A stretch of 64,000 bases of DNA from Fidelibacterota bacterium (GTDB lineage: Bacteria; Fidelibacterota; Fidelibacteria; Fidelibacterales; DSDE01), in contig JBJKQR010000018.1 of NCBI GenBank assembly GCA_046735395.1, positions 64,001-128,000 on the forward strand, given 5' to 3'. Below are positions 19,066 to 29,841 of this stretch, piece after piece (within the stretch, counting starts at the first letter, position 1; every line of letters starts with the position of its first letter). The notes beneath the pieces were generated by a model that saw nothing but the letters and a program-made list of their open reading frames with translations, made no database searches and had not been told where the DNA came from. Both the position numbers and the translations under genes were made by a program.

Positions 19066-21168
19066 ATGATACATAAACATAGAAAAATAGTGCTGGTTCT
19101 TGCCATTGTGCTGTTGCCCTTCATGGCTTCAGGCCAGAAAAAGCAGTCCGGGCCGCCCATGTTCATGGATGTGAACGCGATCAAAATGGATCTGAAAAAG
19201 GTCAACGGTGAGGGCCAGTTCACGACTCAGTACAGCTGGATGCTGACAGGTTCTACGTCCACCATTGAGGAAATTTTCAATTATCCCCAGGATCAGTGGT
19301 ACAGCAATATGCTCTACCAGATCTTCAATCCGGTCGCTCCGGATGACAATGGCTTTGTCAATCAGCATGGGCAGACGCAGAAACTTCCCACACCCTACAC
19401 CAGTCCCGGAAAGAATGTCTATTCCTGGGAACGGCGACGGACCGCGCCCCCGGCTATTTACGTGGATGGGATCCGGCAGAATCAGGAATATCCCTGGGAG
19501 GTGTATCCCGATCTGAAGTCGGATATGGAAGCCGTCTGGGAAGATATCATTCCCTTCTGGGGTATCCGCGTCAAAGTCGAACTTTATGGCTTTTCCAATC
19601 CTAATCATGAAAATTATCTGATCTGGAAAGCGACCTATAAGTTTACAGGAGAGACCAAGCCGCCCATTGAAAATCCGGATACGAGTGATGTTTTTCCGGA
19701 TCAGACCCTGCGGCTCTGGTGGCCCCTGTCCTTCAGTTTCGGCCCTTCGAAGGCCGGCGAATATGCCACGCGCGGCGGATTTGCCTACGAAGGCGAGGAT
19801 GATCTGGATTCCTGGTTTGAGGCGACCCTGTCTCTGCCCCATTCAGGGCCCCGGAATTCTCTGAAGATTGCCTACTATTACGATTATAAGACGCCGGGTA
19901 TCAAACCTTATGCGAATGGATCGTCCGATGACAGCGGAGATCCGGATCAGGTGACTGGCCATCTGACCTCGCCTCAGATTCCCGGATTCGCATTGCTGCA
20001 TTCCGCAAAAAATTCCTTCAGTCCTGCGGATGACAACACCGATCAGCCCTATTCCATGCCCCATGCCACCATTGCGGACGATCTGTGGGGACGGCGTGAT
20101 CCTGGCCTGCGTGATACCTATATCGGAGACGATGACCGGGGGAAATTTCCTCTGGATCCCATCACGGAGGGATTTATTGCCGATGGAACCTCCCAGAAAG
20201 GGCCCATGCGTTTCATCACGGTCGGCCCCTACGAATTGCAGAAACAGGGAAACACCTGTGATTCCATCTGTGCTGTGTACGCGCTGGGTGTGGGATCCAT
20301 GGACTGGAATGCCGCCGACAGTATCGGCAGGGCCTGGTTCAATGGTGATATCGACGATGCGGAAAAGGATTCTCTGGTCCTTACCGGAAAGGATTCGCTG
20401 CAGAAGGCCTTTGACCGGGCCAACTGGGCCTGGAACCGCGGGCTGGACATTCCCGATCCGCTTCCGTCTCCCTATATTGATGTGAAAAGCGATGCGGACC
20501 GCGTTCTGGTCAACTGGTCCTATCCCAATTCCGATTATTTCAGGGATCCGGATACAAAAGTCGATGACTGGGCCGCCTGGCGCGTATACCGTAAAAAAGG
20601 CGCATCCATGGTGGGTGCACCCGATGATAAGTACAGCGGCGAAAAATGGGAACTGATTTTCGAAACCACGGACAGAGCGGTGACGGAATACATCGATACG
20701 GACGTGATCCGGGGAACGGCCTACTATTATGCGGTGACGGCACTGGATGACGGAAGTCAGAATACAGACGGCCTCCATCCCGGGCAGAAGCTGGAAAGTT
20801 CCCGCTATGCAAACCGCACGGCTCTCCCGGCCATTCCCTTCAAAAAGGGCCTGGACAGCAGCAGTGATGTGGTCGTCGTGCCGAACCCGGCCACCGTTGT
20901 TGCCGGTGCCCTGGGCTTTCCCGGTGAGGAAAATCAGATCATGTTCGCCAATCTTCCCTATAAATGTGATCTGCGGATCTACACGGAAACGGGTGATTTC
21001 ATTTACAAAACCAGTCACATCGGCACAGACCAGGAACTCTGGTTTCAGAAAACAGACAATAATCAGTATGTCAGCCCCGGAATCTATATCCTGGCTGTCA
21101 TCAATGCCGAAACCCTGGACGGGACAAAACTGCCGGACAAATTCACAAAATTTGTCCTGGTCAGATAG
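19066..21168 (+). CDS. Secreted hypothetical protein with FN3-like domain and T9SS type-A-like C-terminal domain
   Basis: Signal peptide; WRVYR...Y.D.DV..G..YYYAVTA (FN3-like); VVPNP...F.NLP....RIYT..G.FI...GIYI...KFVLVR. Confidence 0.7.
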   Translation: MIHKHRKIVLVLAIVLLPFMASGQKKQSGPPMFMDVNAIKMDLKKVNGEGQFTTQYSWMLTGSTSTIEEIFNYPQDQWYSNMLYQIFNPVAPDDNGFVNQHGQTQKLPTPYTSPGKNVYSWERRRTAPPAIYVDGIRQNQEYPWEVYPDLKSDMEAVWEDIIPFWGIRVKVELYGFSNPNHENYLIWKATYKFTGETKPPIENPDTSDVFPDQTLRLWWPLSFSFGPSKAGEYATRGGFAYEGEDDLDSWFEATLSLPHSGPRNSLKIAYYYDYKTPGIKPYANGSSDDSGDPDQVTGHLTSPQIPGFALLHSAKNSFSPADDNTDQPYSMPHATIADDLWGRRDPGLRDTYIGDDDRGKFPLDPITEGFIADGTSQKGPMRFITVGPYELQKQGNTCDSICAVYALGVGSMDWNAADSIGRAWFNGDIDDAEKDSLVLTGKDSLQKAFDRANWAWNRGLDIPDPLPSPYIDVKSDADRVLVNWSYPNSDYFRDPDTKVDDWAAWRVYRKKGASMVGAPDDKYSGEKWELIFETTDRAVTEYIDTDVIRGTAYYYAVTALDDGSQNTDGLHPGQKLESSRYANRTALPAIPFKKGLDSSSDVVVVPNPATVVAGALGFPGEENQIMFANLPYKCDLRIYTETGDFIYKTSHIGTDQELWFQKTDNNQYVSPGIYILAVINAETLDGTKLPDKFTKFVLVR

Positions 21169-21181
21169 AAAGGACTGAATC

Positions 21182-22210
21182 ATGAGATATCATTATAAAT
21201 TTTTCACTCCGGTCTGCCTTGTCCTGCTGGTTTCCAGCCTGGCTTTTGCCGATATAGAAAAAAAGGCTCAGACCGGATTTCGTTTTCTGGATAACGCCAT
21301 TTCCGCCGAAGCCATCGGCCGGGGTGGCCTGGGGCTGGTTTCCAGCCGGGACGCAAACGCCTCATTCTGGAATCCTTCGGGCCTGGCCTGGATGGAAACA
21401 GGTTTCGATTTCGCCGCGAATTATACGAACGGCATCGCCGATATCAATCACAGCTCCTTTACCGTAGCGACCAAACTCGGCCGTTTGGGCGTGCTGGGCG
21501 TGGATCTGCTTTCCATGGATTACGGAGAGCTGACGGGAACTCGCCGGGCTGCCAATGAACTGGGTTTTGAAACGACCGGACCCTTTTCACCCATGGCCAT
21601 GGCGACGGGTGTCACCTATGCCCGGAAGGTCAGTGACCGCTTTTCCTGGGGACTGAAGGCAAAATATGCCATCCAGGATCTGGGCTCGGCCTGGATTGCC
21701 CTCGAAGGAAAGGACGTGGACGACACGACGCTGGTGATCGGCAAGCAGAAATACCGGCTCGGTGAACCGGCCCTCGATATCGGAACCACCTATGATTTCA
21801 ACAGTCATGGTATCCGCTTCGGGGCTGTGATGACAAATATTTCCAGGGAAATCAAATATGAACGGGAATCGGCTAAATTTCCCTTTCCCTTTGCCGTGAG
21901 TTTCAGTCTGGGGTTTGCCCCTCTGACTTACCTCGATGTGAATTCCTCCGTCCATTCTCTGTTTGTGGGCTTTGAATCCGTTCATCCCCGGGACTTCAAG
22001 GAAAAGCTGAAAATAGGTGCGGAATACTGTTACGCCGGAACTTTGATACTTCGGAGCGGCTACATGATGAATTATGATGAACGGGGGCTGACCTTCGGAT
22101 TCGGTATCCGGCACGAGATGGCCGGGACTCATGTGCGGCTGGATTATGCCTATCAGGATTTTGGAATTTTTTCCGGAGTTCATACCATTTCCCTCGGTCT
22201 CGCCCACTGA
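21182..22210 (+). CDS. PorV/PorQ-family outer-membrane beta-barrel
   Basis: GFRFL..ISAEAIGRG, DANASFWNPSGLA, LRSGY and DYAYQDFG.F..VH.ISL motifs. Confidence 0.8.
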   Translation: MRYHYKFFTPVCLVLLVSSLAFADIEKKAQTGFRFLDNAISAEAIGRGGLGLVSSRDANASFWNPSGLAWMETGFDFAANYTNGIADINHSSFTVATKLGRLGVLGVDLLSMDYGELTGTRRAANELGFETTGPFSPMAMATGVTYARKVSDRFSWGLKAKYAIQDLGSAWIALEGKDVDDTTLVIGKQKYRLGEPALDIGTTYDFNSHGIRFGAVMTNISREIKYERESAKFPFPFAVSFSLGFAPLTYLDVNSSVHSLFVGFESVHPRDFKEKLKIGAEYCYAGTLILRSGYMMNYDERGLTFGFGIRHEMAGTHVRLDYAYQDFGIFSGVHTISLGLAH

Positions 22211-22249
22211 CACCCCTTTAAAATCTGAAAATACGTTCAGGAGAGTTTT

Positions 22250-24037
22250 ATGAAAAATAGCATTTTCGCTGCCATGGTGGCGGTTCTGGTTCTGGCCCTG
22301 TCCGGGACGGCGGCTGAGGCCATTCATATCCGGGTTAATCAGGTCGGATATCTGCCTGATGAGAGCAAGCAGGCTCTGGCCTTTTCCACTTCCGATTTTT
22401 CCTCATCCACCTTTGAAATCATTGATGCGGCCAGCGGGAAACGGGTTTACGGCCCCGATGCCGTGGGCAGAATGACCGGAAGCTGGGGAGATTTCAATTA
22501 TAATTACATTCTCGACTTTTCCGCCTTCCACAGGCCGGGACAGTACCGCCTGAAAATGAGCGGAAGCGATAGCAGCTCAGCGGAATTCAGAATCGGAAAG
22601 GATGTTTATCAGACATATTTCGAATCGGTCATTACCTACATGCAGGAACAGCGCTGCGGTTACAATCCCTTCTTCGATGAAGTCTGTCATGCAAAGGACG
22701 GCCGGACCATGTACGGCCCCATGCCTGACTCCACGTACATTGATGTGAGCGGCGGCTGGCACGATGCGGGCGACCATCTGCGCTATCTCATGACCTCGGG
22801 AAATTCCGTCTGTCGCCTCCTTTTTGCCTATTCGGAAAATAAGGGAAAGTACGGCGACCGCGTCAATGCCCTGGGACAGCCCGGAGCCAACGGGATTCCG
22901 GATATTCTGGATGAAGCGAAATGGGGTCTGGACTGGATGCTGAAGATGCATCCTCAGCCGGATCAGCTTTTTCATCAGGTGGCCGATGACCGGGACCATA
23001 TCGGGTTCAAGCTGCCCTATCTCGACACGGCCAATTACGAATGGGGCAAAGGGCAGTACCGCACCGCCTATTATGCCTCGGGAAAACCTCAGGGCCTGAA
23101 GAAGTGGAAAAACACGTCTACCGGAATTGCAAATCTGGCCGGGCGCTATGCGGCGGCCATGGCCATGGCCTGGGACATCTGGAAAAACGATCTGAATGAC
23201 CCGCTCTATGCCGAAATCTGTAAAAAAGCCGGGATTGAAGTGTATGAAATGGGCCTGAAACAGCCCGGATGTCAGGAAGGCACGCCCTGCCTGTCTCCCT
23301 ACCGCTACACGGAAATCACCTGGGCCGATGATATGGAATGGGGCGCGGCCGAACTGTTTCGCATTACCGGCGAGAAAAAATATCTCAAGGATGCGACCCG
23401 TTTTGCCGAAAAGGCCGGAACCGAGTCCTGGATGGGTGCCGATACGGCCCGCCATTATGAATATTATCCCTTCATGAACATGGGACATTATGCGCTGTTT
23501 CGCGTTGCGGGAGAGAAAGTGCAGCAGCAGCTGGCGGACTATTACCGGCAGAATATCGAAGCCGTGAAAAAACGGGCGGATCAGTCTCCCTATGACATCG
23601 GCATTCCTTTCATCTGGTGCTCGAATAATCTGGCTGCGGCTTTCGTCACCGAATGCCTTCTCTATGAAAAGATGACCGGAGACACGCAGTACCACCAGCT
23701 CATGGAGGCACACCGTGACTGGCTGCTGGGACGGAATCCCTGGGGCTGCACGCAGATCGTGGGCATTCCCGCATACGGTGAATATCCCCATTATCCCCAC
23801 TCGCCCACAACCCTGTTTACCGATTCTCTCATCGTGGGTGCGCTCAATGACGGGCCTGTCTACGCTACCATTTATCACAGCCTGAAGGGTGTCAAGCTGC
23901 TTCGGCCCGATAAATACGCCGCTTTTCAGTCCGGGCCTGCCGTCTTTCATGATGATATCTGGGATTATTCAACGAATGAACCGACCCTGGACGGTAGCGC
24001 CGAGACCATTTATTTTCTGAGCGTCTTCGCCGAATAA
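22250..24037 (+). CDS. Glycoside hydrolase family 9 with N-terminal Ig-like domain
   Basis: [34 protein letters not shown] and [10 protein letters not shown] motifs; signal peptide. Confidence 0.92.
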   Translation: MKNSIFAAMVAVLVLALSGTAAEAIHIRVNQVGYLPDESKQALAFSTSDFSSSTFEIIDAASGKRVYGPDAVGRMTGSWGDFNYNYILDFSAFHRPGQYRLKMSGSDSSSAEFRIGKDVYQTYFESVITYMQEQRCGYNPFFDEVCHAKDGRTMYGPMPDSTYIDVSGGWHDAGDHLRYLMTSGNSVCRLLFAYSENKGKYGDRVNALGQPGANGIPDILDEAKWGLDWMLKMHPQPDQLFHQVADDRDHIGFKLPYLDTANYEWGKGQYRTAYYASGKPQGLKKWKNTSTGIANLAGRYAAAMAMAWDIWKNDLNDPLYAEICKKAGIEVYEMGLKQPGCQEGTPCLSPYRYTEITWADDMEWGAAELFRITGEKKYLKDATRFAEKAGTESWMGADTARHYEYYPFMNMGHYALFRVAGEKVQQQLADYYRQNIEAVKKRADQSPYDIGIPFIWCSNNLAAAFVTECLLYEKMTGDTQYHQLMEAHRDWLLGRNPWGCTQIVGIPAYGEYPHYPHSPTTLFTDSLIVGALNDGPVYATIYHSLKGVKLLRPDKYAAFQSGPAVFHDDIWDYSTNEPTLDGSAETIYFLSVFAE

Positions 24038-24095
24038 TTTTATACTCATCCGGCGGATGTATATGCATTCGCCCGGTATGATCATTTGTCATCGT

Positions 24096-24129
24096 AACGG
24101 GATTGTTTTTAGAGAACAGTCCCGTTTTT
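24096..24129 (+). terminator. Intrinsic terminator after GH9
   Basis: AACGGGATTGTT-loop-AACAGTCCCGTT followed by TTT. Confidence 0.7.
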
Positions 24130-24254
24130 GTAATAATTCAGAATCCTTCGTCACGGGGACGGGCCGAGTCCGGAAAGGAGAGCTGCAAAATCCAATTACT
24201 CCTTTCCCGTTGCGGCTGAATTTTGTACCTTCGTGGTTAAATGATCGAGGAAAA

Positions 24255-27086
24255 ATGCTTCACGATAAAATAATTATAAAGGGTGCGCGGGAGCACAATC
24301 TCAAGAATGTTGATCTGGAAATTCCCCGGGACAAACTGGTGGTCATCACCGGATTGAGCGGTTCGGGAAAGAGTTCCCTGGCTTTTGACACACTGTATGC
24401 GGAAGGGCAGAGGCGCTATGTGGAGAGCCTGTCCAGCTATGCCCGTCAGTTTCTCGGTCTCATGGAAAAACCGGATGTGGACAATATTGAAGGGCTGTCG
24501 CCGGCCATTTCCATCGAGCAGAAGAGTACGCACCGGAATCCGCGTTCCACCGTCGGGACTGTAACGGAAATTCACGATTATCTGCGCCTGCTCTATGCGC
24601 GCATCGGCGTGCCGCACTGCTATATCTGCGGAACCCGCGTGTCGAAGATGACCGTTCAGCAGATCGTCGATACGGTTCTCACCTTTCCGGTGGGTGCAAA
24701 ACTTCAGATCATGGCGCCTCTGGTCACCGAGCGGAAGGGGGAATTCCGGGAACTCTTCGCGGAAATGCGCAAGGAAGGCTTTCTCCGTCTGCGGGTGGAC
24801 GGGAAAATTCTGGCGCTGACTACTCAGATCGTCCTCGATAAAAACAAAAAACACAGTATCGATCTCATTGTCGACAGGCTGGTCGTCAATGACAATATAA
24901 AATCACGTCTCACCGAAAGCGTGGAGCTAGCCCTGAAAATGGGGAACGGCAATATACTGGTGGATGAGCAGGGCGTGAAGGAACACAAATATTCGGAAAA
25001 TTATGCCTGTCCCAATCATGAGGACATCAATTTTGAGGAATTGTCTCCCCGGCTTTTTTCCTTCAATAATCCCCTGGGCGCCTGCCCGGCCTGCGGAGGC
25101 CTGGGTACGCAGCGGGAGATTTCTCCGGATCTTGTAGTGCCCGACAAACGGAAAAGCCTGCTGCAGGGCGCTATCCTTCCCCTGGGTGAACAGCCCCGCG
25201 GCTCCTATTACAGTTCCTTTCTGAAGAGCCTGTCCAAGGAATATAATTTCAAATTCACCACTCCCTGGAGCAAACTGGATCCGAAGGTTCAGCACGTTCT
25301 GCTCTACGGGACCGGCGAAGGCGAGGATCTGCTGATTCAGTACGAGAGCAGCAAATGGTCCGGAGCTTACCGGGGGCATTACGAAGGTGTGATCAATAAT
25401 CTGACCCGCCGCTATCACCAGACCCGCTCCGGAAGTATCCGGGACTGGATCGAACGCTTCATGAGCATTCAGGACTGCCGGGTCTGCGGCGGCAGCCGTC
25501 TGAAACGGTCCGCAAATGCGGTCCTGATTCAGGGCAGGAGCATTACCGATGTGTCCTCCATGAGTATTGAAACCTCTCACGAATTTTTCCGGACCCTGAC
25601 CCTGAATGAAACGGATTCACAGATTGCCCGGCAGATTCTGCAGGAAATTCAGGCGCGCCTCGGTTTTTTAAACGATGTGGGCCTGGGCTATCTCACCCTC
25701 AACCGGCACGCCGGGTCGCTGTCCGGCGGCGAAGCTCAGCGGATCCGCCTGGCCACTCAGATCGGTTCACGGCTGATGGGTGTACTCTATATTCTGGACG
25801 AACCGAGTATCGGACTGCATCAGCGTGATAATGACCGGCTGCTCGCCACGCTCAAGCATCTGCGGGACCTGGGAAATTCCGTGATCGTCATCGAACATGA
25901 TCAGGAAACAATGGAGGCCGCGGACTGGATTGTGGACGTGGGCCCCGGTGCCGGAATTCACGGCGGCCATGTGGTCTGCTCCGGGCCTCTCGATGTAGTA
26001 AAAAACTGCACGCAGTCCGAAACGGGCCTGTACCTGAGCAAACAGAAGTCCATTCCGGTGCCGAAGAGACGGAATAAGGGCAACGGAAAAAAACTTGTTC
26101 TCTCCGGCGCGACCGGGAATAATTTAAAGAAGGTGACCCTGAACCTGCCTCTGGGCAAACTGGTCTGTGTCACCGGTGTGAGCGGATCGGGAAAAAGTTC
26201 TCTCGTGAACGAGACCCTGGTGCCGCTGCTGAACCGGAAACTCATGCATGCCACGAAAGATAATCCCCTGCCCTCTGAAAATCTGACAGGTGTTGAATTT
26301 CTCGACAAAATTATTTCCATCGATCAGTCACCCATCGGAAGGACGCCGCGCAGCAATCCGGCAACCTATACCGGTGTCTTTACCCATATTCGCGAACTCT
26401 TTTCCAATGTGCCCGAATCAAAGATCCGCGGATATCAGCCGGGGCGTTTTTCCTTCAATGTGAAGGGCGGGCGCTGTGAGGCCTGCGAAGGTGACGGAAT
26501 CCGGAAAATTGAAATGCATTTTCTGCCGGATGTCTACGTGCGCTGCGAGGAATGCAAGGGAATGCGCTATAACCGCGAAACCCTCGAGATCCGCTACCGT
26601 GGCCGTACCATCTCCGATGTGCTGGAAATGACCGTGGAGGAGGCGCTGGACTTCTTCAGCCGGCATCCGGCGGTGAAACGAAAGCTGCAGACGCTCGTGG
26701 ATGTGGGACTGGGATATATCAAGCTCGGCCAGCAGGCCACCACACTGTCCGGCGGCGAGGCTCAGCGTATCAAGCTGGCTACCGAATTGTCCCGCATCGG
26801 GACGGGCCGGACTCTCTACGTGCTGGATGAGCCGACTACCGGTCTTCACTTCGCGGATGTGGCTCTGCTCATCACGGTTCTGACGCGTCTTGTTGAAAAG
26901 GGCAACACCGTGCTGGTCATCGAACATAATCTGGATGTGATCAAGACGGCGGATCATATCATCGATATCGGTTATGAGGGCGGAGACAAGGGCGGTGAGA
27001 TCATTGCTGAAGGCAGCCCCGAGCAGATCGCTGTCGCGTCCCGATCCTATACAGGACAATATCTGAAGACGGTTCTGGCTGAATAA
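24255..27086 (+). CDS. uvrA: Excinuclease ABC subunit A
   Basis: GAREHNLKN, two Walker A motifs, LSGGEAQRI twice and zinc fingers. Start moved to MLHDK (ATG 24255). Confidence 0.98.
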   Translation: MLHDKIIIKGAREHNLKNVDLEIPRDKLVVITGLSGSGKSSLAFDTLYAEGQRRYVESLSSYARQFLGLMEKPDVDNIEGLSPAISIEQKSTHRNPRSTVGTVTEIHDYLRLLYARIGVPHCYICGTRVSKMTVQQIVDTVLTFPVGAKLQIMAPLVTERKGEFRELFAEMRKEGFLRLRVDGKILALTTQIVLDKNKKHSIDLIVDRLVVNDNIKSRLTESVELALKMGNGNILVDEQGVKEHKYSENYACPNHEDINFEELSPRLFSFNNPLGACPACGGLGTQREISPDLVVPDKRKSLLQGAILPLGEQPRGSYYSSFLKSLSKEYNFKFTTPWSKLDPKVQHVLLYGTGEGEDLLIQYESSKWSGAYRGHYEGVINNLTRRYHQTRSGSIRDWIERFMSIQDCRVCGGSRLKRSANAVLIQGRSITDVSSMSIETSHEFFRTLTLNETDSQIARQILQEIQARLGFLNDVGLGYLTLNRHAGSLSGGEAQRIRLATQIGSRLMGVLYILDEPSIGLHQRDNDRLLATLKHLRDLGNSVIVIEHDQETMEAADWIVDVGPGAGIHGGHVVCSGPLDVVKNCTQSETGLYLSKQKSIPVPKRRNKGNGKKLVLSGATGNNLKKVTLNLPLGKLVCVTGVSGSGKSSLVNETLVPLLNRKLMHATKDNPLPSENLTGVEFLDKIISIDQSPIGRTPRSNPATYTGVFTHIRELFSNVPESKIRGYQPGRFSFNVKGGRCEACEGDGIRKIEMHFLPDVYVRCEECKGMRYNRETLEIRYRGRTISDVLEMTVEEALDFFSRHPAVKRKLQTLVDVGLGYIKLGQQATTLSGGEAQRIKLATELSRIGTGRTLYVLDEPTTGLHFADVALLITVLTRLVEKGNTVLVIEHNLDVIKTADHIIDIGYEGGDKGGEIIAEGSPEQIAVASRSYTGQYLKTVLAE

Positions 27087-27121
27087 TTCTTTCTTTGCGA
27101 AAATTTCATATTGTATAGCTG

Positions 27122-27150
27122 TTGACAGGCCTTTGTTCCGCTCGTAAATT
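27122..27150 (+). promoter_or_regulatory. sigma70-type promoter
   Basis: TTGACA-N17-TAAATT upstream of the DUF5020-like gene. Confidence 0.6.
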
Positions 27151-27212
27151 CTTTCAGGATTTCCGGTTTCGATCCGGATCACCGAATAAAATATAAGTAT
27201 CAGGGGTGAACA

Positions 27213-27866
27213 ATGAAGCGATTTGCATGGATTTGGGTTTTCTGGGCGGGTTTGCTCGGAGCACAGGATCTTCAGCTGCATTACGATTTCGGCACGGATC
27301 GGCATTATTTTACGACTACACTGGCGATGTTCAAGCCGGATGAATACGGCGCGACGTTTCTGTTTATTGACATGAATTACGATCAGCCGCAGGGGCATCG
27401 GTCGGCCAGTCAGGCCTATATGGAAATATCACGCTACGTGAATCTGCCGCTGAAAAACTGCCAGGCGACGCTTCAATACAATGACGGGACCGCCCCCTGG
27501 GGGCCCATGGGCCCCATCTGGCTCGCCGGTACGCGGATCCTGTTTCCCGGGCTTCCCTTCAGTTTCAGTGCAGATTTTCTGTACCGCTTCGATCCCAGGG
27601 CCTCCGATGGCCGGGACGGACAGCTCACGCTGGTGTGGAATGCACCCTGTCTGAACCATCATCTGATGCTGAGCGGCTTTATGGATCTGTGGTCGTCAAA
27701 ATCATCGGCGGATACCGGTAGAAAAGCGGTGCTCCTCAGCGAACCTCAGTTCTGGTTTCCTCTCGGAAGCCACCTCAACCTGGGTTCGGAAGTGGAAGTC
27801 TCTCATAATCTGATCTCCTCGGACTGGACTATCAATCCCACACTTGCCGTGAAGTGGAATTTTTAA
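27213..27866 (+). CDS. DUF5020-like outer-membrane barrel (Tsx-like channel)
   Basis: QLHYDFG, T.AMFKPD.YG.TF.FID, SEPQFW and PTLAVKWNF with terminal Phe. Confidence 0.8.
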   Translation: MKRFAWIWVFWAGLLGAQDLQLHYDFGTDRHYFTTTLAMFKPDEYGATFLFIDMNYDQPQGHRSASQAYMEISRYVNLPLKNCQATLQYNDGTAPWGPMGPIWLAGTRILFPGLPFSFSADFLYRFDPRASDGRDGQLTLVWNAPCLNHHLMLSGFMDLWSSKSSADTGRKAVLLSEPQFWFPLGSHLNLGSEVEVSHNLISSDWTINPTLAVKWNF

Positions 27867-27998
27867 ACAATTTTCGCGATTTATTTAAAATCTGAATAAA
27901 TAGAGCCTATGTTGTTGTAATTGCGGAAGTAAGCTGTGATGTGAAACAGGGTTCCCGGACTTCGGCTTTCGCTTTGCTTGAAGATTGTTCCGGCAATT

Positions 27999-28105
27999 TG
28001 TTTAATTAATCAACAAATGTAGAATTATTCTACAAACTATTTATCTTTATAAAAATTAATGATTAACCCGGCGAATTGCCGAAGCGTATGTTGATATATT
28101 CAACA
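27999..28105. promoter_or_regulatory. Three TGT-N11-ACA palindromes (candidate enhancer sites for a sigma54 activator)
   Basis: TGTTTAATTAATCAACA (27999-28015), TGTAGAATTATTCTACA (28018-28034) and TGTTGATATATTCAACA (28089-28105). Confidence 0.7.
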
Positions 28106-28137
28106 TCTTAATCATGTCATATGAATCTTGATTTCTG

Positions 28138-28150
28138 TAAAGTGTTGATA
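28138..28150 (-). promoter_or_regulatory. Candidate IHF site
   Basis: Minus strand TATCAACACTTTA matches WATCAANNNNTTR and lies between the enhancer sites and the -24/-12 element. Confidence 0.5.
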
Positions 28151-28179
28151 TTGTGGCAATTAACGGCTGTTGAAAATAT

Positions 28180-28195
28180 TGGCACTGCCTTTGAT
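28180..28195 (+). promoter_or_regulatory. sigma54 (-24/-12) promoter
   Basis: TGGCAC-TGCCT-TTGAT versus consensus TGGCAC-N5-TTGCW, 36 nt upstream of the operon ATG. Confidence 0.7.
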
Positions 28196-28231
28196 AGGGT
28201 AGAAAGTGGAAGCAAATGAAAGGAGCATAAA

Positions 28232-28945
28232 ATGGTAGTAGCAGCAATCATCGTTTTCTTCATGGTCTGCATCGGCATCGATGCGATGCTCATGATGAGA
28301 CGCAAGCGGGAAGCGGCAGCCCTTGGCGCCGCTTCTCTTTTTCAGGGTTTTTTCGATGAAAAGACGGTGGTGTTGCCTCGCGGACTGAAGTACGATGCGG
28401 GCCATACCTGGACACATATGGACGAATACGGCCGCATACGCATCGGAATTGACGATTTTCTGCAGCACCTGGTTGGGCCGGTTTCGGATATTATCATGAA
28501 AAATTCCGGAGAACGGGTTAAAAAGGGCGAAGTCTTTCTGAGTCTCATCCAGAACGGGAAACGGCTTGAACTTCGTTCACCGGTGACGGGGAGCATAAAG
28601 ATTTCCAACGAGACCCTGCACCGGGATGCAACCCAGCTCAATCATTCACCTTACGAAAAAGGGTGGATTTACCTCGTGGAAGCGGACGATTATAAACGTG
28701 ACAGCCGCATTCTGTTTCAGTCCGAATCGGCCGCACGGTGGATCAATGCTGAATTCACACGGGTGAAGGATTTCTTCGCCTCTCTGTCTGCGGCGACGCT
28801 CCCCGGTATGCCGGTGGCCGTCATGCAGGATGGCGGTATCCTGAAGGATCAGGTTCTGAAGGATTTCGGCCCGGAAATCTGGGAAGAATTTCAGACCCGC
28901 TTCCTGGAGTCTTCCGGTCAGCTTGATACAATTCCTGAAAAATGA
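28232..28945 (+). CDS. Membrane-anchored GcvH-fold (H-protein-like) protein
   Basis: N-terminal hydrophobic helix; HTW...RIGIDDF, SPVTG, LNHSPYEKGW. Lipoyl hairpin reads IQNGK rather than ESVKA. Confidence 0.85.
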   Translation: MVVAAIIVFFMVCIGIDAMLMMRRKREAAALGAASLFQGFFDEKTVVLPRGLKYDAGHTWTHMDEYGRIRIGIDDFLQHLVGPVSDIIMKNSGERVKKGEVFLSLIQNGKRLELRSPVTGSIKISNETLHRDATQLNHSPYEKGWIYLVEADDYKRDSRILFQSESAARWINAEFTRVKDFFASLSAATLPGMPVAVMQDGGILKDQVLKDFGPEIWEEFQTRFLESSGQLDTIPEK

Positions 28946-28980
28946 ATGTGAAGCAACCACTCAAACGAAGAGGATAAATC

Positions 28981-29841
28981 ATGACATTGAACAGACGAAA
29001 TTTTCTGAAAACCCTGGGTGTGGCCGGGGCCGGCCTGACGCTGGGAAAAAGCAGCCTGAAGGCCCGTCATCAGCCGCAGTCATCGACGGAATTCAAGGCG
29101 ATTCTCTATGATTCCACCCGATGTGTAGGCTGTCAGACCTGCGAATGGTCCTGCAGCGAAGCTCACGGGCTTCCGGATCCGGTGGGGGAACCGATGGCCG
29201 GTGAGGTGAGAAAGACGGATGAGAACCACCGAACCGTCGTGAATTGCTATGATACGAGTCAGGGCGAAGTATATGTCAAGACGCAGTGCATGCACTGCAA
29301 TCAGCCGGCCTGTGACGCCGCCTGTCTGACCCAGGCCATGCACAAGACGGAGGAAGGCCCGGTGATCTGGCGGGGAGATAAATGCATGGGCTGCCGCTTC
29401 TGCATGATTTCCTGTCCCTTTGACATGCCCAAGTTCGAATTTCTCTCAGCCAACCCTAAAATCGAAAAATGCACCATGTGCTACGAACGTCTGGCGGAGG
29501 GTGAGCTGCCGGCCTGCGTGGAAAACTGTCCCAATGAGGCGCTCCTGTTCGGAACCCGCCGTGAGATGATGGATGAGGCCCGGCGGCGCATTGTGGAGAA
29601 TCCCGGCATGTACGTGGATCATATATACGGGGAGCTGGAAGCCGGCGGAACCGGATTTCTCTATCTCAGCCCCGTTCCCTTCGAAGAAATCGGATTCAGG
29701 ACGGATATTCAGAATAAAGCCTATCCGGAGCTGACCAAAGGATTCATATCCAGCATTGCTCCTGTGGATATTCTGTTACCGGCCGCACTGCTCGGTATCT
29801 ATGAAGCCAGCAAATCAAAAGATGAGGAGGATAAATTATGA
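28981..29841 (+). CDS. Tat-exported 4x[4Fe-4S] ferredoxin (HybA/NrfC/HmcB-like)
   Basis: NRRNFLK Tat motif; four Cys clusters (CVGCQTC, CMHC..PAC, CMGCRFC, CTMC..PAC); C-terminal hydrophobic segment. Confidence 0.92.
   Translation: MTLNRRNFLKTLGVAGAGLTLGKSSLKARHQPQSSTEFKAILYDSTRCVGCQTCEWSCSEAHGLPDPVGEPMAGEVRKTDENHRTVVNCYDTSQGEVYVKTQCMHCNQPACDAACLTQAMHKTEEGPVIWRGDKCMGCRFCMISCPFDMPKFEFLSANPKIEKCTMCYERLAEGELPACVENCPNEALLFGTRREMMDEARRRIVENPGMYVDHIYGELEAGGTGFLYLSPVPFEEIGFRTDIQNKAYPELTKGFISSIAPVDILLPAALLGIYEASKSKDEEDKL

Noticed and set aside
24155..24207. tRNA-Cys-like fragment (GGCCGAGT...CTGCAAAATCC)
   Set aside because: No T-arm (GTTCRA) or acceptor stem. Better explained as a simple GGAAAGGAG/CTCCTTTCC hairpin.
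24057..24254. N-terminal extension of UvrA (likewise for PpiC, ROK, TBDR and S46)
   Set aside because: Artefact of longest-ORF calling. The UvrA extension overlaps a terminator hairpin, and downstream ATGs have RBS-like sequences and match family N-termini.
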